Shown here: piece by piece, positions 35,793 through 46,493 of the stretch
Layout: each line of letters starts with the position of its first letter
Position numbering within the stretch: the stretch's first letter is position 1
Origin: Dehalococcoidia bacterium
Lineage (GTDB): Bacteria; Chloroflexota; Dehalococcoidia; SpSt-223
Assembly (NCBI GenBank): GCA_025054935.1
Contig: JANWZD010000001.1
Coordinates: 201,008-265,007 of the forward strand
Reading direction: 5' to 3'
Length of the DNA: 64,000 nucleotides
The notes under the pieces: generated by a model
Database searches by the model: none
What the model saw: the letters and a program-made list of their open reading frames with translations, nothing else
What the model was told of the DNA's origin: nothing
Translations under genes and position numbers: made by a program

Positions 35793-37655
35793 ATGCGCAC
35801 CCAACGGACTGATCTTCGCAATCTTGCGATCATCGCGCACGTCGACCATGGGAAGACGACCCTTGTCGACGCGATGCTGAAACAGAGCCGGGTCTTTCGC
35901 GAGCACCAGCAGGTGGGGAGCCTCATTCTCGACTCGCATGAGTTGGAGCGTGAGCGCGGCATCACCATCTTGGCCAAGAACACCGCAATCCGCTACCGGA
36001 ACGTCAAGATCAACATCATCGATACGCCCGGCCACGCTGACTTCGGCAGCGAAGTGGAACGAGTGCTGACGCTGGCCGACGGCTGTCTCCTGCTTGTCGA
36101 CGCGGTCGAAGGACCGATGCCGCAGACACGCTATGTGCTCAAGAAGGCCCTTGCGCTCGGGCTGCGCCCTATCGTGGGAATCAACAAAGTCGACCGGCCG
36201 CGCGCCCGTCCTCTCGAGGCGCTCGAAGCGACCCAAGACCTCTTCCTTGAAGTAGCGACCGACGCTGATCAGCTGGAGTTTCCCGTCGTCTATCTGGTCG
36301 CCAAAGAGGGGCGCGCCGGTGTTCAGCCCGACGCGCTCGCGCCGGACTTGACCCCCCTGTTCGAAACGATCCTCGCCGCCATCCCGTGCCCGACGGTTGA
36401 ACGGGATGCGCCCGTTCAAGCCCTGATCGCCGCGCTCGACTATGACCCGCACCTCGGCCGGATCGCTATCGGCCGCCTCATGCGCGGAACGCTTCGAACC
36501 GGCGCGCCGGTGGTGCGGGTGCGAAGCGATGGAGCCATCGCCCCCGAAAGCGGGCGCAAGGTCCGGCAGCTTCTCGTGTTCGAAGGGTTGAAACGGGTCG
36601 AGGTCACCGAGATCGCGGCTGGCGAGATCGTTGCGCTGGTCGGGCTCGACGACGTCGCGATCGGCGACACAATCGCCGACCCGGCATTCCCGGAGCCGCT
36701 GCCGGCGATCGCGGTCGATGAGCCGACAGTCCGGATCACGCTCGGCGTCAATACCTCGCCCTTCGCCGGCCGCGAGGGCAAATACCAGACCTCCCGCCAA
36801 CTGCGCGATCGGCTCGAGCGCGAACTGGAGACGAATCTCGGGCTGCGGGTAGAGGAGACCGAAAGTCCTGACCGCTTCCTCCTCAGCGGGCGGGGAGAGC
36901 TGCACCTCTCGATCCTGATCGAGACGATGCGTCGCGAGGGCTATGAGTTCGAAGTGTCGCGGCCGGAAGTGATCGTGAAGCGGGTCGATGGTCAGCTTCA
37001 GGAGCCGGTCGAAGAGCTCGTGATCGACACGACCGACGAGTACGTCGGCGCCGTCGCCGAACTTGTTGGGCCCCGCCTCGCGCGGCTCGTGAATATCCGC
37101 CACCGGGAGACAAGCGCCGGCACGACCGACGTTCGGCTCGTCTACCGCATTCCGACACGCGGGCTTATCGGGCTGCGCACCCAGCTGCTGACTGCTACCC
37201 GCGGCAACGCGACAATGAGCACTCTCTTTCTCGGCTATGAACCGTGGCAAGGCCCGCTCGCAGCGTCGCGCGGCGGCGCTCTGATCGCAACCGAGTCGGG
37301 CCGCGCCGTCGCCTACGGGCTGGCGAGCGCCCAAGAGCGGGGCCAGCTGTTCATCGAACCCGGGACCGAGGTGTATGAAGGGATGATTGTCGGCGTGGCG
37401 CCGCGGGCACTGGATATTCCGGTGAACGTCTGCCGTCAGAAGAAGGCGACGAACATTCGCTCCTCAACAGCAGAGATCGCCGTCAAGCTGACGCCGCCGC
37501 GCCGCCTCAGCCTCGAGGATGCGCTCGACTTTCTCGCCGCCGACGAACTGCTTGAGGTGACGCCAAAGAGCTTGCGTTTGCGGAAGCGGCTGCTCAGCGA
37601 GCACGAACGCGCTCGGGCGCGCAAGCAGGAAGCGAAGGCGGCTCTCGCGCTCTAG
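35793..37655 (+). CDS. typA: Translational GTPase TypA/BipA
   Basis: [36 protein letters not shown]. BipA-specific C-terminal domain. ATG 35793 gives an E. coli-like N-terminal length; GTG 35721 is an alternative. Confidence 0.9.
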   Translation: MRTQRTDLRNLAIIAHVDHGKTTLVDAMLKQSRVFREHQQVGSLILDSHELERERGITILAKNTAIRYRNVKINIIDTPGHADFGSEVERVLTLADGCLLLVDAVEGPMPQTRYVLKKALALGLRPIVGINKVDRPRARPLEALEATQDLFLEVATDADQLEFPVVYLVAKEGRAGVQPDALAPDLTPLFETILAAIPCPTVERDAPVQALIAALDYDPHLGRIAIGRLMRGTLRTGAPVVRVRSDGAIAPESGRKVRQLLVFEGLKRVEVTEIAAGEIVALVGLDDVAIGDTIADPAFPEPLPAIAVDEPTVRITLGVNTSPFAGREGKYQTSRQLRDRLERELETNLGLRVEETESPDRFLLSGRGELHLSILIETMRREGYEFEVSRPEVIVKRVDGQLQEPVEELVIDTTDEYVGAVAELVGPRLARLVNIRHRETSAGTTDVRLVYRIPTRGLIGLRTQLLTATRGNATMSTLFLGYEPWQGPLAASRGGALIATESGRAVAYGLASAQERGQLFIEPGTEVYEGMIVGVAPRALDIPVNVCRQKKATNIRSSTAEIAVKLTPPRRLSLEDALDFLAADELLEVTPKSLRLRKRLLSEHERARARKQEAKAALAL

Positions 37656-37734
37656 CCGCTCGCGCTCTCCTCAGGCAGCGGCCGCTTGCCCGCCCGGCTG
37701 CAGGCGGGAGCAGGCACCCGGCGGAGACGGATGG

Positions 37735-40700
37735 CTAGTTCTCAATCACGATGCGGACGACTTTTCTGCCTCCTGTATCGACGACATAGAACCTGCCGTC
37801 GTCCGCCGCGACAATCTCAACCGGCAGCGTGAACAGCCCGGGCGCGCCGCCAACCTGCTGGACCCCTTCACGAACGTCGTAGCGCACGAGGCGGCCTCGG
37901 TCCGGGTCGGTGACCACCGGTCGGGAAGCAGCGTCGAGCACGAGGTGAGGTCCGTTCAGCGGGACAGACCAGTTGATCGGCCATTCCGCTTGATAGCGGC
38001 CGCCGGGGTCGAACCATTGGAGACGCTTGTTGCCGGTGTCGAGAACGAGGAGGTCGCCGGTCGGAAGCAGGGCAGCGTCGGTCGGTTCCAGCATCTCGCC
38101 CGGACCGGCGCCCTTTCTCCCGCCGTAGATGGTCAGCAGCTGGCCGTCGGAAGCGAACTTGAGCACGCGGTTTTGCCCCGTGTCGGAGATATAGAGATTG
38201 TCCGCCTCATCGATCGATAACCCGCGCGGCTTGTAGAAGTCGGACCGCGCTAACGGCAGCCGCCCCACAAACCGGCCGTCATCAAGGCGGTATTCGTGGA
38301 TCCCGGCTGTTGTCGCATCAAGGATGAACACTCGCCCCGATCGGGTGATGGCGATCCCGGTCGGCTCTTGGAGGCCGCCTGCTGTCGGCTCTGGACCCGC
38401 ATACGCGCGGATAAACTGCCCCTGGGGATCGAAGACGAGCACTCGCCGCGCTCCTCCATCAAGCACGTGCAGAGCGCCGGTAGGGTCAAGAGCAGCAGCG
38501 CGCGGCTCCTCAAGCCGTCCCTCAGGGGAAAGTCCGTAGGTCATCTCGACTCGAAGCGAGAGCGGCGGGCCGCTTGCGAAGCGCACGACGCCGCTCGGGA
38601 CGCGGACGGCGGCCTCTCGGGGAGCCGCAGGCACGGTCGGGCTCGGGGGAAGATCGCTCCCTTGGGGAGGCAGCAGCACCGCTGACGGGATCAGCTCGCG
38701 TCGTCGCCCTGGCGGCGTCCAGTAGAGGTAGATGCGCGAATAGGGATCGCGGTCGACGAACTTCAGCTGGAGATCGTGCAGCCCTGCCTCGAGCGGCACA
38801 TCTACCTCGTGGAGTTCGCTGCCGCGACGATTGTCGATAATCAGCCGGCCATTGAGAAAGAGTTGGGAAGTGCTGATCTGCTCTGTCCCAAAGCGGTAGA
38901 CACCTGGCTGGTCGATCCGGAGCGTGCCGCGCCACTCCACGCTGTAGGGGCGAGGAAGGGGCAGAATGTGGAAGTACATGCCGATCTGCGGATCGATCCG
39001 GAGAAGGGCGGGCTCTCCTGCCCACTCGGCGTTGGGATAATACGCGCCGAGCAGCCCTGTCGCCGCAACGGGAGGGAGATAGAAGAGGTTGGAGGGGATC
39101 GGGCTGAGCGTGCCGCCCGGCGGCTCCCAGGCCAATCGGACTGGTTGGCCTGGGCGGTCGGCACGAGCTCGGAGCAGGAGAGCGTGGTTGCCGGCTGCGA
39201 GGGTCAGCCGCGCTGCCTGGCCTCCGGTGAGCACGCGCGCGCCGTTGAGGAACAGCTCGGCACTGCTCGGTCCTTCAAGGAGCAGCCGGTAGCTGCCGTG
39301 CCGGGGAACGTGGAGCGTGCTCCGCCACTCCGCAAGCACCGGAACCGCGAGGCCGAGCGTGGCCGGGTCGATGTTGATCTCGGTCTCGCGGCGGCTGAGA
39401 TCGGGCCGCTCGCGTTCAGTTCCGTGCGCGAAGTAGCGCGCCTCAACGCCTTGGATGGCGACGATATCGGCCGGCGCGAGCTGAACAGCGTAGACGAGCG
39501 GAGGTCCGCCGAAGGGCGGACGCAGCTCCTCGACTTGGGCGCTGGGATAATAGAGCCGAAGCTGGCTGAACGCCGCCTGCTCGCTCGGGTCGAGGAAGAA
39601 GAAGGTCCGCGGAGCAACGGCGCGCACCGGTACGTCTGTTGCGGCGTTGAACAGGGCGCCTTCGGGCGCCTTCGGGGCGAGGAACCGGATTGTAGGCGGT
39701 CGGCCGGAGAAGAACTGGCTGAGGTAGACTGCATCGTTCGGAGAGAGCTCGCGAAGCCGCAGGGCAACGAGCGTTTCGGCCGCGGAATGGGCCGCAAAGG
39801 CGGCGAAGTCGTTTGCCCAGGCGACGAAGTAGCGATGATGGTTGACGACGGCGACGAAGAGGAGGGCGCTGCCGAGAGCGATGGTGCCCCCCGCTCGCCA
39901 AGCTCGCGACCATGCCGACGGGCCATGCCACCGCGCGGGGAGACGCGGAAACGTTCCAACCAGCAGCGCTCCGAGCGAGAGCGGGGTGCGGCTGCTGCGC
40001 GCGGCGGCCGCCGGGTTGCCGTACGTCCCCCAGGGGCTGCGCACCCAGCGGTCCCAGAGCGCGCCGAGCGGCAGCGCCGCAAAGATGAGCGTCGGCGGCA
40101 GCGCGGTCGATGCGCGCAGCGACTGCGGAGCTTCAAAGTTGAGGGAGAGGATCCCTCCAAGCAGCATCGTTCCCCACCAGATGATGAGGGTCGGCCCAGT
40201 CGGGCGGCGAAGCAGTCCCAACGTCAGCCCCACGCCGAGAACGAAGAGCGGCGCCAGAAGCGGGTCGAGCATCGGCCGGCCGGGAAGGTTATGGCGGCCA
40301 TTGCGGTCCCCCGCCACGTTAAACATCAGCAGGTGCTTCTCGATGTTGTCGAGCAGCGGGCCCCAGTGACCGGCTCGCTCCACTTCGGGCATCACGCTTG
40401 CGACCCCAAGCCTACGGTTGAACTCCTCGGGGAAGCGGACTGCAAACCATGCCAACGGCCCGGCCGCAATCAGCGCCGCGAGGGCGAGGAGGAGTGCGCC
40501 TTGGCTGATCGATGGCCAGAGCGATCGCCGCCAGAGCGCAGCCGCGAGGAGCAGAACGGCGAGGGTTACCGGGAAGATCCGTGACGGGAAGTAGAACTGG
40601 AGGTCGAACCCGACAAGAAGGCCGGCGATAACGAAGTCGCGCGGCCGGCGGTCTTGCAGTCCCCGCACGAGGAAAAACAGGACGAGCGTCTCGAGGGTAA

Positions 40701-41550
40701 TGCTGAAGATTGCGGTGCTGGTCGGAAAGCGGCTTAGGGTGACGTGCCAGCTGGAAACGGCGAGAAACCACGCCGCAATGAGCGCGATCCGCGGCGAGCC
40801 GAAGAGCCGGCGGGTGAGGAGGTAGATCGCGGGGATCCCCACGGTTCCCGCAATCGCTGTGGTCACCCGCAAGGCAAGAGGAGTCTCTCCGAAGACGAGC
40901 ATCGCGAGGGCGGCAAGGTAGATATTCGCCGCCGGGTTTTGGTTTTCGACGTAAAAAATCGGCCGGTATGTCGGCGAGGCGAGGATCTGCTGGGCGCCAA
41001 GGCCGACGACCGCCTCGTCGTACCACACTCCGAAGGGGAGCGTCGCTAGTTCTGCGGTACGGAACCAGAGCCCGACTGCGGTCGCGAGGGCGAGGATGGC
41101 CAGTTCAGCTCGGCCGATTGGCGGGCTGACCGGTGTCCGCGTGCCGGCCGGCAGCAGGAAGGCTGCGCCGAGTGTCATCGCAACAGCGGCGAGGTAGAGG
41201 AGCCAGGCGAGGTTTGGATTGCGGTCGCTTGAAAACAGCCAGAGGGAGCCTCCAAGGAAGAGGAAGGCAGCCGCGCCGGCAAAAGCTGACGGAAGCGCGG
41301 CCGTCAGCCGCGGCCAACGGCCTGTGCTCTCCCAGCCGTCAGGACCGGTGGCGGGCAGCGCGTACTGCGCCAGCGCGATTGCAATAAGGAACGCCGCCCC
41401 AGCAGCGATGAGGTCCGGCGGCTGGCTCAGGTAGCGAGCATTGGCGGCGACGGCGAGGACAATGGCGACGATCCCAGCGAGGAGGCGGCGCGGCTGCGAC
41501 GGGAAGAGGAGCCGGGTCGCCGAGCGGGAGGAGGGCGCCGCTGGTGCCAT
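37735..41550 (-). CDS. Large GT-C/GT39-like polytopic membrane glycosyltransferase homologue fused to tandem PA14 domains and a C-terminal NHL-repeat beta-propeller (1271 aa)
   Basis: N-terminal about 550 aa with more than 10 TM helices and a PMT/ArnT-like loop (GVWYDEAVVG). Middle: two PA14 signatures (GLLGAYYPNAEWAGEP...YRFGTEQISTSQLFLNGRLIID...LYW and an earlier degenerate copy). C-terminus: NHL repeats (YISDTGQNRVLKF, LVLDTGNKRLQWF, FYVVDTGGRKVVRI). Confidence 0.8.
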   Translation of the reverse strand: MAPAAPSSRSATRLLFPSQPRRLLAGIVAIVLAVAANARYLSQPPDLIAAGAAFLIAIALAQYALPATGPDGWESTGRWPRLTAALPSAFAGAAAFLFLGGSLWLFSSDRNPNLAWLLYLAAVAMTLGAAFLLPAGTRTPVSPPIGRAELAILALATAVGLWFRTAELATLPFGVWYDEAVVGLGAQQILASPTYRPIFYVENQNPAANIYLAALAMLVFGETPLALRVTTAIAGTVGIPAIYLLTRRLFGSPRIALIAAWFLAVSSWHVTLSRFPTSTAIFSITLETLVLFFLVRGLQDRRPRDFVIAGLLVGFDLQFYFPSRIFPVTLAVLLLAAALWRRSLWPSISQGALLLALAALIAAGPLAWFAVRFPEEFNRRLGVASVMPEVERAGHWGPLLDNIEKHLLMFNVAGDRNGRHNLPGRPMLDPLLAPLFVLGVGLTLGLLRRPTGPTLIIWWGTMLLGGILSLNFEAPQSLRASTALPPTLIFAALPLGALWDRWVRSPWGTYGNPAAAARSSRTPLSLGALLVGTFPRLPARWHGPSAWSRAWRAGGTIALGSALLFVAVVNHHRYFVAWANDFAAFAAHSAAETLVALRLRELSPNDAVYLSQFFSGRPPTIRFLAPKAPEGALFNAATDVPVRAVAPRTFFFLDPSEQAAFSQLRLYYPSAQVEELRPPFGGPPLVYAVQLAPADIVAIQGVEARYFAHGTERERPDLSRRETEINIDPATLGLAVPVLAEWRSTLHVPRHGSYRLLLEGPSSAELFLNGARVLTGGQAARLTLAAGNHALLLRARADRPGQPVRLAWEPPGGTLSPIPSNLFYLPPVAATGLLGAYYPNAEWAGEPALLRIDPQIGMYFHILPLPRPYSVEWRGTLRIDQPGVYRFGTEQISTSQLFLNGRLIIDNRRGSELHEVDVPLEAGLHDLQLKFVDRDPYSRIYLYWTPPGRRRELIPSAVLLPPQGSDLPPSPTVPAAPREAAVRVPSGVVRFASGPPLSLRVEMTYGLSPEGRLEEPRAAALDPTGALHVLDGGARRVLVFDPQGQFIRAYAGPEPTAGGLQEPTGIAITRSGRVFILDATTAGIHEYRLDDGRFVGRLPLARSDFYKPRGLSIDEADNLYISDTGQNRVLKFASDGQLLTIYGGRKGAGPGEMLEPTDAALLPTGDLLVLDTGNKRLQWFDPGGRYQAEWPINWSVPLNGPHLVLDAASRPVVTDPDRGRLVRYDVREGVQQVGGAPGLFTLPVEIVAADDGRFYVVDTGGRKVVRIVIEN

Positions 41551-41555
41551 CGCGG

Positions 41556-44500
41556 TTAGGGAAGCGGGTCAAATCGTTGGACGCGAGCGTTATTGCTGTC
41601 AACGACAAAGAGCGCGCCGTCCGGCCCGACGGCGACGCCAATGGGGAGATTGAAGCTCCCGGGCTCGGCGCCGAAGCGGCCCACGACATTGAGAAGCTGC
41701 CCTTCCGGCGAGAACCGGAGCAGCCGGTGGTTCTCGGGGTCGGAGACGATGACATTGCCGCTCGGGTCGACCGCGAGATACGGCTTGTTCAGAATGCCGG
41801 TGCTCTCCCAGCCGCGGATCGGGGTCGCCCCCAGGGGGCGCAGGCTCGCGTCGAACCGCTGGATCCGTCGGTTCCAAGTGTCGGCGACGAAGATCGTGCC
41901 ATCGGGAGCAACGGCAATCCCGACCGGTTCTTGGAACTGCCCGAGCATGGCGCCGGCGCCGCCGAAGGCGCCGAGAAACTGCCCGTCCGGCCGGAAGCGC
42001 TGTATCCGCTTGTTGCCGGTGTCGGTGACGAGCAGCGACCCGTCATCGAGGAAGGCGATCGCGCGCGGCCCGTAGAACCGGCCGGGATTTCCCGTCACCT
42101 GCCCGACCGACTCGCCGAACTCGCCAAACTTCCGCAGAAAGCGGAGATCGGCGGTGAACTGCTGGAGGCGATGGTTCCAGGTATCAGCGACCCAAACGGT
42201 GCCGTCAGGCGCGATGGCGATCCCCCACGGCTCGGTGAATTCACCATCAAGCGTTCCCCGGCGGCCGACCTGAGCGACCACGCGGCCGGAGGGATCGAAC
42301 TTCTGCACCCGATGGTTACCCGTATCGACGACGTAGATGAAGCCGTCTCCATCGACGGCGATGCCGCGGGGCTCGAGCAGTTGTCCTGCGCCGCTGCCGC
42401 GAGCGCCGAAGGCTGCGCTCGGCTGAAGAGGGGTAAGCGCGAGAGCGTATTCATCCGGTTGCGCCGGCCGCGCCGGGCCGGCGGTCAGCGGCTCGCCGGC
42501 GAGAAGGGAGCTCTTGACGAAGAAATAGCCGTCTTCCGAGCCGAGCGGCTTGCCCAGGTCGCGGTTGAAAAAGTACTGCCACAGCCGTTCTAGCCCGGTG
42601 GGACTGAGCGACGCCGCGACGGCATCGCTGAACCCAAACGCGCTGTTCGGGCGTCCCGGCTGAGCGGCCAAGGGGGAGCCCATCGCGGCCACCCACTCGA
42701 TAGCGCTCTTGTAATCCTCGGGGAACCACCAGCGATGACGGTAGCGCTGCCCGGGGGTGTAGTCGCTCAAATACGGGCGCATCCGCTCCACATTGTTGGC
42801 GTGGATAAGCACCACCTGCCCGGCGGGCGGAGCAGCAGCACCGCTGTAGGAGGGGTAGTCGACGTTCGGGTAGTGGCGGAGATACCACGCCCAGGGCCAA
42901 GTAAAGCCGCTGGTGCTGTCGACGGAAATGCGCAGCTCTTTTCCGCCTGTAGCCCGGAGAGAGAGCCGTTCGATTTCGCGGTACAGCCGAGGGATATCCG
43001 GGGAGGTTTGGGTGTAGATCAGCATCTCGGTGGCGATATCGCCGTGTTTGTAGGTGACAGTCCACGCAGCGCGCATCGTGAGGACGAGCAGGATCAGGAC
43101 GATCGCGCCGCTTGCGGCGCGGACGATCCCCGAGCCCCCGAACGGTGCCCCAACCTGAACAGCGGCCCCGACAAGGAGCAGCGCGATCCCGATCAGGGCG
43201 AGCGCTTGGCCGTTCCATCCCGGTGCGAGGTCGGCGGCGGCTTGAATCAGGCCGGCGGCCCCTGCCGCAAGAACGACCGCTGCCGCGATGAAGAGCGCAA
43301 CCACCGCGGCGGCCCGCCACGCCACGTCCGAGTTCCACCGCACCCCCTCAAGCCACCAGCCTGCTGAGCGACCCGCAAGCACGATCAGCGGCAGCGCGAC
43401 GTGGACAAGCAGCCACGGCATCTTCTCGCCTGCCCAGCTGTACGCAACGAGCGAGCCGACAAACCAGTAGAAGAGAAACGCAACGAATGGTGTCAGCCTC
43501 TCCCGGTGGCGAACGAGGGAGGCAATCCCTGCGCCGGCAAGGGCAAGCGGAAGGAATTCATAGAGCGGCAGCAGCAGGAGGTAGTAGTACCACGGCTGGT
43601 TGCCGCGCTGCACCCCATGCTGGTCGAGCCAGTAGGCGAGACTGCCCCAGACCCCAGACCCGATCCCCGGCAGATTGGTAAAGAAGGTGCTGTACAGGAG
43701 CACGAACACTGTCCAGAAGAGCGCCGCATATCCCGGCCAGACGGTTCGGTTCCACCACAAGCCGACGGCGGTCGAGATGACAAAACAGATGCCAGCGATC
43801 ACGAACTGCGAGAAGATCGCCCGCGTGGTCACCCAGGGCCCAAAAGCGATGACAGTCGGGTCTGTCGAGACGAGGGGTGTCAGCTTCGCAAAAGCGGCGA
43901 GCAGGGGCAGAGTGAGCGTGCCGAGCAGGATCAGGACGCCGAAGATCCTGTTGTCCCGCACCTCCTCCAAGCGAGGAAGGCGCCCTTTCCCAGCGAGATC
44001 CCACAGCCAATAGGCGGTGAAAAAGCTGCCGAACACCGCAACGGTAATGTAGTGGGTCTCCTTTGCCGAAAAGCCGAGCGCCATCATCAGCGTCCCGAGA
44101 TAGAGCCAGCGAACTTCCTTGCGCTCGATGTACCGCCAGGCCGCGAGTGCCAAGAGGAGGGTGAAGACCGCCATCAGGATGTCGTTGCGGGAAAAGCGGC
44201 TGTAGTACAGCATCGTCGGCGAGAAGGCGAGCAGCACCGCCGTGACGAGCGCGCCGCCGCGGCCGAGGAGGTCGCGCATGAAGAAGGGGAGGAGAACGAG
44301 GACGGTCCCAAAGGTCGCGTAGAGGAGGCGAGCCGTGACGTCGTTGTCGCCAAACAGAAAGTAGATCAGGGCGTTTACGTGAAACTGAAAGGGGCCGTGC
44401 ATCATCGGGTCGTGCTGGTAGCCCCGCCCGGCGTAGAGATACCAGCTATAGAGCACGTGCAAGCTCTCATCGTGATGCATCGCGCGCGTTCCGAGATCCC

Positions 44501-44660
44501 AGAACCGCATGATGGCTGCGACAAGGGTCAGCCCAGCGTAGGCCAGCGTCTCCCAAGTGACGCTGACGACGCTGAACACCCGGTCAACAGCGTCGCCGCG
44601 AGCGGAGAGCGAGCGGAGAGGGAGAAGAGCTCGAGTCATGCGCCTGCTCCTCGCTGGCAC
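41556..44660 (-). CDS. GT-C fold membrane protein (DE motif HHDESLH; TIGR03663-like by my recollection) with a C-terminal six-bladed NHL-repeat beta-propeller (1034 aa)
   Basis: N-terminal roughly 650 aa hydrophobic, with an extracytoplasmic first-loop DE motif typical of GT39/GT83. C-terminal NHL repeats (YVVDTGNHRVQKF, WVADTWNHRLQQF, LVTDTGNKRIQRF, FVADTWNRRIQRF, IVSDPENHRLLRF, FVVDSNNARVQRF). 5 nt gap to the downstream gene. Confidence 0.8.
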   Translation of the reverse strand: MPARSRRMTRALLPLRSLSARGDAVDRVFSVVSVTWETLAYAGLTLVAAIMRFWDLGTRAMHHDESLHVLYSWYLYAGRGYQHDPMMHGPFQFHVNALIYFLFGDNDVTARLLYATFGTVLVLLPFFMRDLLGRGGALVTAVLLAFSPTMLYYSRFSRNDILMAVFTLLLALAAWRYIERKEVRWLYLGTLMMALGFSAKETHYITVAVFGSFFTAYWLWDLAGKGRLPRLEEVRDNRIFGVLILLGTLTLPLLAAFAKLTPLVSTDPTVIAFGPWVTTRAIFSQFVIAGICFVISTAVGLWWNRTVWPGYAALFWTVFVLLYSTFFTNLPGIGSGVWGSLAYWLDQHGVQRGNQPWYYYLLLLPLYEFLPLALAGAGIASLVRHRERLTPFVAFLFYWFVGSLVAYSWAGEKMPWLLVHVALPLIVLAGRSAGWWLEGVRWNSDVAWRAAAVVALFIAAAVVLAAGAAGLIQAAADLAPGWNGQALALIGIALLLVGAAVQVGAPFGGSGIVRAASGAIVLILLVLTMRAAWTVTYKHGDIATEMLIYTQTSPDIPRLYREIERLSLRATGGKELRISVDSTSGFTWPWAWYLRHYPNVDYPSYSGAAAPPAGQVVLIHANNVERMRPYLSDYTPGQRYRHRWWFPEDYKSAIEWVAAMGSPLAAQPGRPNSAFGFSDAVAASLSPTGLERLWQYFFNRDLGKPLGSEDGYFFVKSSLLAGEPLTAGPARPAQPDEYALALTPLQPSAAFGARGSGAGQLLEPRGIAVDGDGFIYVVDTGNHRVQKFDPSGRVVAQVGRRGTLDGEFTEPWGIAIAPDGTVWVADTWNHRLQQFTADLRFLRKFGEFGESVGQVTGNPGRFYGPRAIAFLDDGSLLVTDTGNKRIQRFRPDGQFLGAFGGAGAMLGQFQEPVGIAVAPDGTIFVADTWNRRIQRFDASLRPLGATPIRGWESTGILNKPYLAVDPSGNVIVSDPENHRLLRFSPEGQLLNVVGRFGAEPGSFNLPIGVAVGPDGALFVVDSNNARVQRFDPLP

Positions 44661-44696
44661 GGGTGCGGCCAGCTCGCAGAAGAAGTCGAAGCGGTG

Positions 44697-46493
44697 TCAT
44701 CTCAGTATGACCAGAAGAGCTTCGCGGCGAAATCCCGTTTCGCCGGCCGTGCGCCAGACATACCAGCGCCAGAAGGAACGCGCCCCTTCTGGCGGACCGT
44801 AACTTCCAAGAGCGTAGACGCTGCGTATCCCGCTTGCTGCCGTCTCCGGGAGAGACGTGCCGACCGGCACAATCGCTGCATCGAGCCCTCCCGCGAGGTC
44901 AGCGCGCATGCGCATGCCCGGCTGATCGCGGAGGAGCCAGGCAAACGGAACCCGCAGCTCCGGGGCGACACCGTAGGCGATGATGCCTCCCCGCGCGGCG
45001 CGCAGTTCCGCAATCTGCTCGGGAAAGATCTGCGCGGCGGGGCCGGGAACGTCTGGCAGCACCCACTCCCCGGCGCTCGGTCGGGCGTTCAGCGCGAACG
45101 AGGCGTGGATCGACCCCATCAGCAGGAGCGCCGCTCCGGCAAGTGCCGTCACCGGCAGGGCGTTCCGGCCGAGGGAAGCAACGACGAGCACGCTGTAGCC
45201 GCCGGCGAGGGCAAGACTGAGAAAAACGGCCAGCCACTGCAGCGGCGTTCCCCCATCGCTGCGTGTCAGCACCGCCGATTGGATATAGGCGTAGACCAAG
45301 AGGGGGATTGCGCCGAGCAGCGCTGCTCCTCGCGCGAGGTCGTCGCGTCGCAGCGCGCAAAGTACATCCGCAAGCGCGGTGGCGGCGAGGAGGGCAAGGG
45401 GGAACGCGATCGCGGCGAGCGGTCCGACGAGGCGCTGTCCGCCGAGCACCGCGACGGCAAGCGCGACACCGCTCCAAAGAGCGAGAAAAGCGAGCGCCTG
45501 CCGGCTCCGCGGCTCGCGCGCTCTCCCGCTCAGCAGCCACAGGATGCCCGCAGTCCCCGCGCCGAGCGTGAGCGGGTCGTAGCTCACCAACGCCAGGGGC
45601 GGCAGGAGCGCGCTGCCGCCGGTCGTAAATTCGCGGACCCAGCCGTTGACCGCGGGCAGCGCGAGCCCGCTCGGGTCGAGGAAGAACCGGGTCGAGACGA
45701 GAAGGAACAACAGGAGCGCCGCAAGCACTGCACCGCCGAGCGAGGGGGTCTGCCCCCTCTCAGTGCGCCACCGCGTCAGGAGCGCCGTGAGCGGCGTCGA
45801 CGTCCCGAGCAGCCGGGCGATGACGAGAGCGACGGCAGCCGCGAGGAGGAGGGTGACCGCGCGAGGACCGCTCGTCAGCAGCATGGCGAAGGCGAGAATG
45901 GCCGTCGCGGCCCAGCCGGCCTGGCCATCCCGCTCGAAGCGCAGGAGACCAAGCAGCGCCACCACCGCCGCCAGAAGAGCGAGCGCGTCCGGTTCCCCGC
46001 GGCGCGAGATGGCGAGCGAGAAGGGACTGACGGCGAGCAAAAACGCGGCCAGAAGGGCGGCAAGCCGCCCGAGGAACGGTCGGAACGCGGGCATCAGGGC
46101 GACTGTCGCCGTTCCAGCGACGACCGACGGAAAGCGGGCAGCGAGATCTGAGGGAGTGGCAAGGAAGAAAACCAGCGCAGTGAGCAGGTCGGCGAGCGGC
46201 GCGCTGCTCCCCGCGGGGCGGCCGAGAGTGAGGTCAAGCGCTGCAAGCGCGGTCGCGCTTTCACCGAGCGAGAGCGGGTCGCTCGCGGCGAGCCCAAGCC
46301 GCAGTCCGGCAGCGACGACAATCGCCACGCCGTAGAGGAGCCATTCGAGCGGGACCGCAACCGCGGGGCGGTTGAGCATCGCCTCGAGAGCGGGAGGCGC
46401 GCTGCCGCTCGCGCTGCGGACGGAGGGCGACAGCTCTGCCACCGCGCTAGCGGGCTCGGAAAATCGTTGCGCTGCCATTCTGAAATGCCACAT
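44697..46493 (-). CDS. GT39-like polytopic membrane protein (putative glycosyltransferase), start uncertain
   Basis: Multiple TM helices and a D..E-containing first loop. ORF-track frame begins at TTG 46559, overlapping the YYY gene by 113 nt. ATG 46493 or 46478 avoids the overlap. Confidence 0.6.
   Translation of the reverse strand: MWHFRMAAQRFSEPASAVAELSPSVRSASGSAPPALEAMLNRPAVAVPLEWLLYGVAIVVAAGLRLGLAASDPLSLGESATALAALDLTLGRPAGSSAPLADLLTALVFFLATPSDLAARFPSVVAGTATVALMPAFRPFLGRLAALLAAFLLAVSPFSLAISRRGEPDALALLAAVVALLGLLRFERDGQAGWAATAILAFAMLLTSGPRAVTLLLAAAVALVIARLLGTSTPLTALLTRWRTERGQTPSLGGAVLAALLLFLLVSTRFFLDPSGLALPAVNGWVREFTTGGSALLPPLALVSYDPLTLGAGTAGILWLLSGRAREPRSRQALAFLALWSGVALAVAVLGGQRLVGPLAAIAFPLALLAATALADVLCALRRDDLARGAALLGAIPLLVYAYIQSAVLTRSDGGTPLQWLAVFLSLALAGGYSVLVVASLGRNALPVTALAGAALLLMGSIHASFALNARPSAGEWVLPDVPGPAAQIFPEQIAELRAARGGIIAYGVAPELRVPFAWLLRDQPGMRMRADLAGGLDAAIVPVGTSLPETAASGIRSVYALGSYGPPEGARSFWRWYVWRTAGETGFRREALLVILR

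Noticed and set aside
35682-37334. 550 aa - strand ORF
   Set aside because: Antisense to typA.
38776-40584. 602 aa + ORF, 43401..46151 (916 aa +), 47728..49746 (672 aa +)
   Set aside because: Antisense to the GT-C/YYY/ftsY cluster. Extremely Arg/Glu/Gly-rich with no domains. The minus-strand frames have coherent TM helices plus NHL/PA14 motifs.
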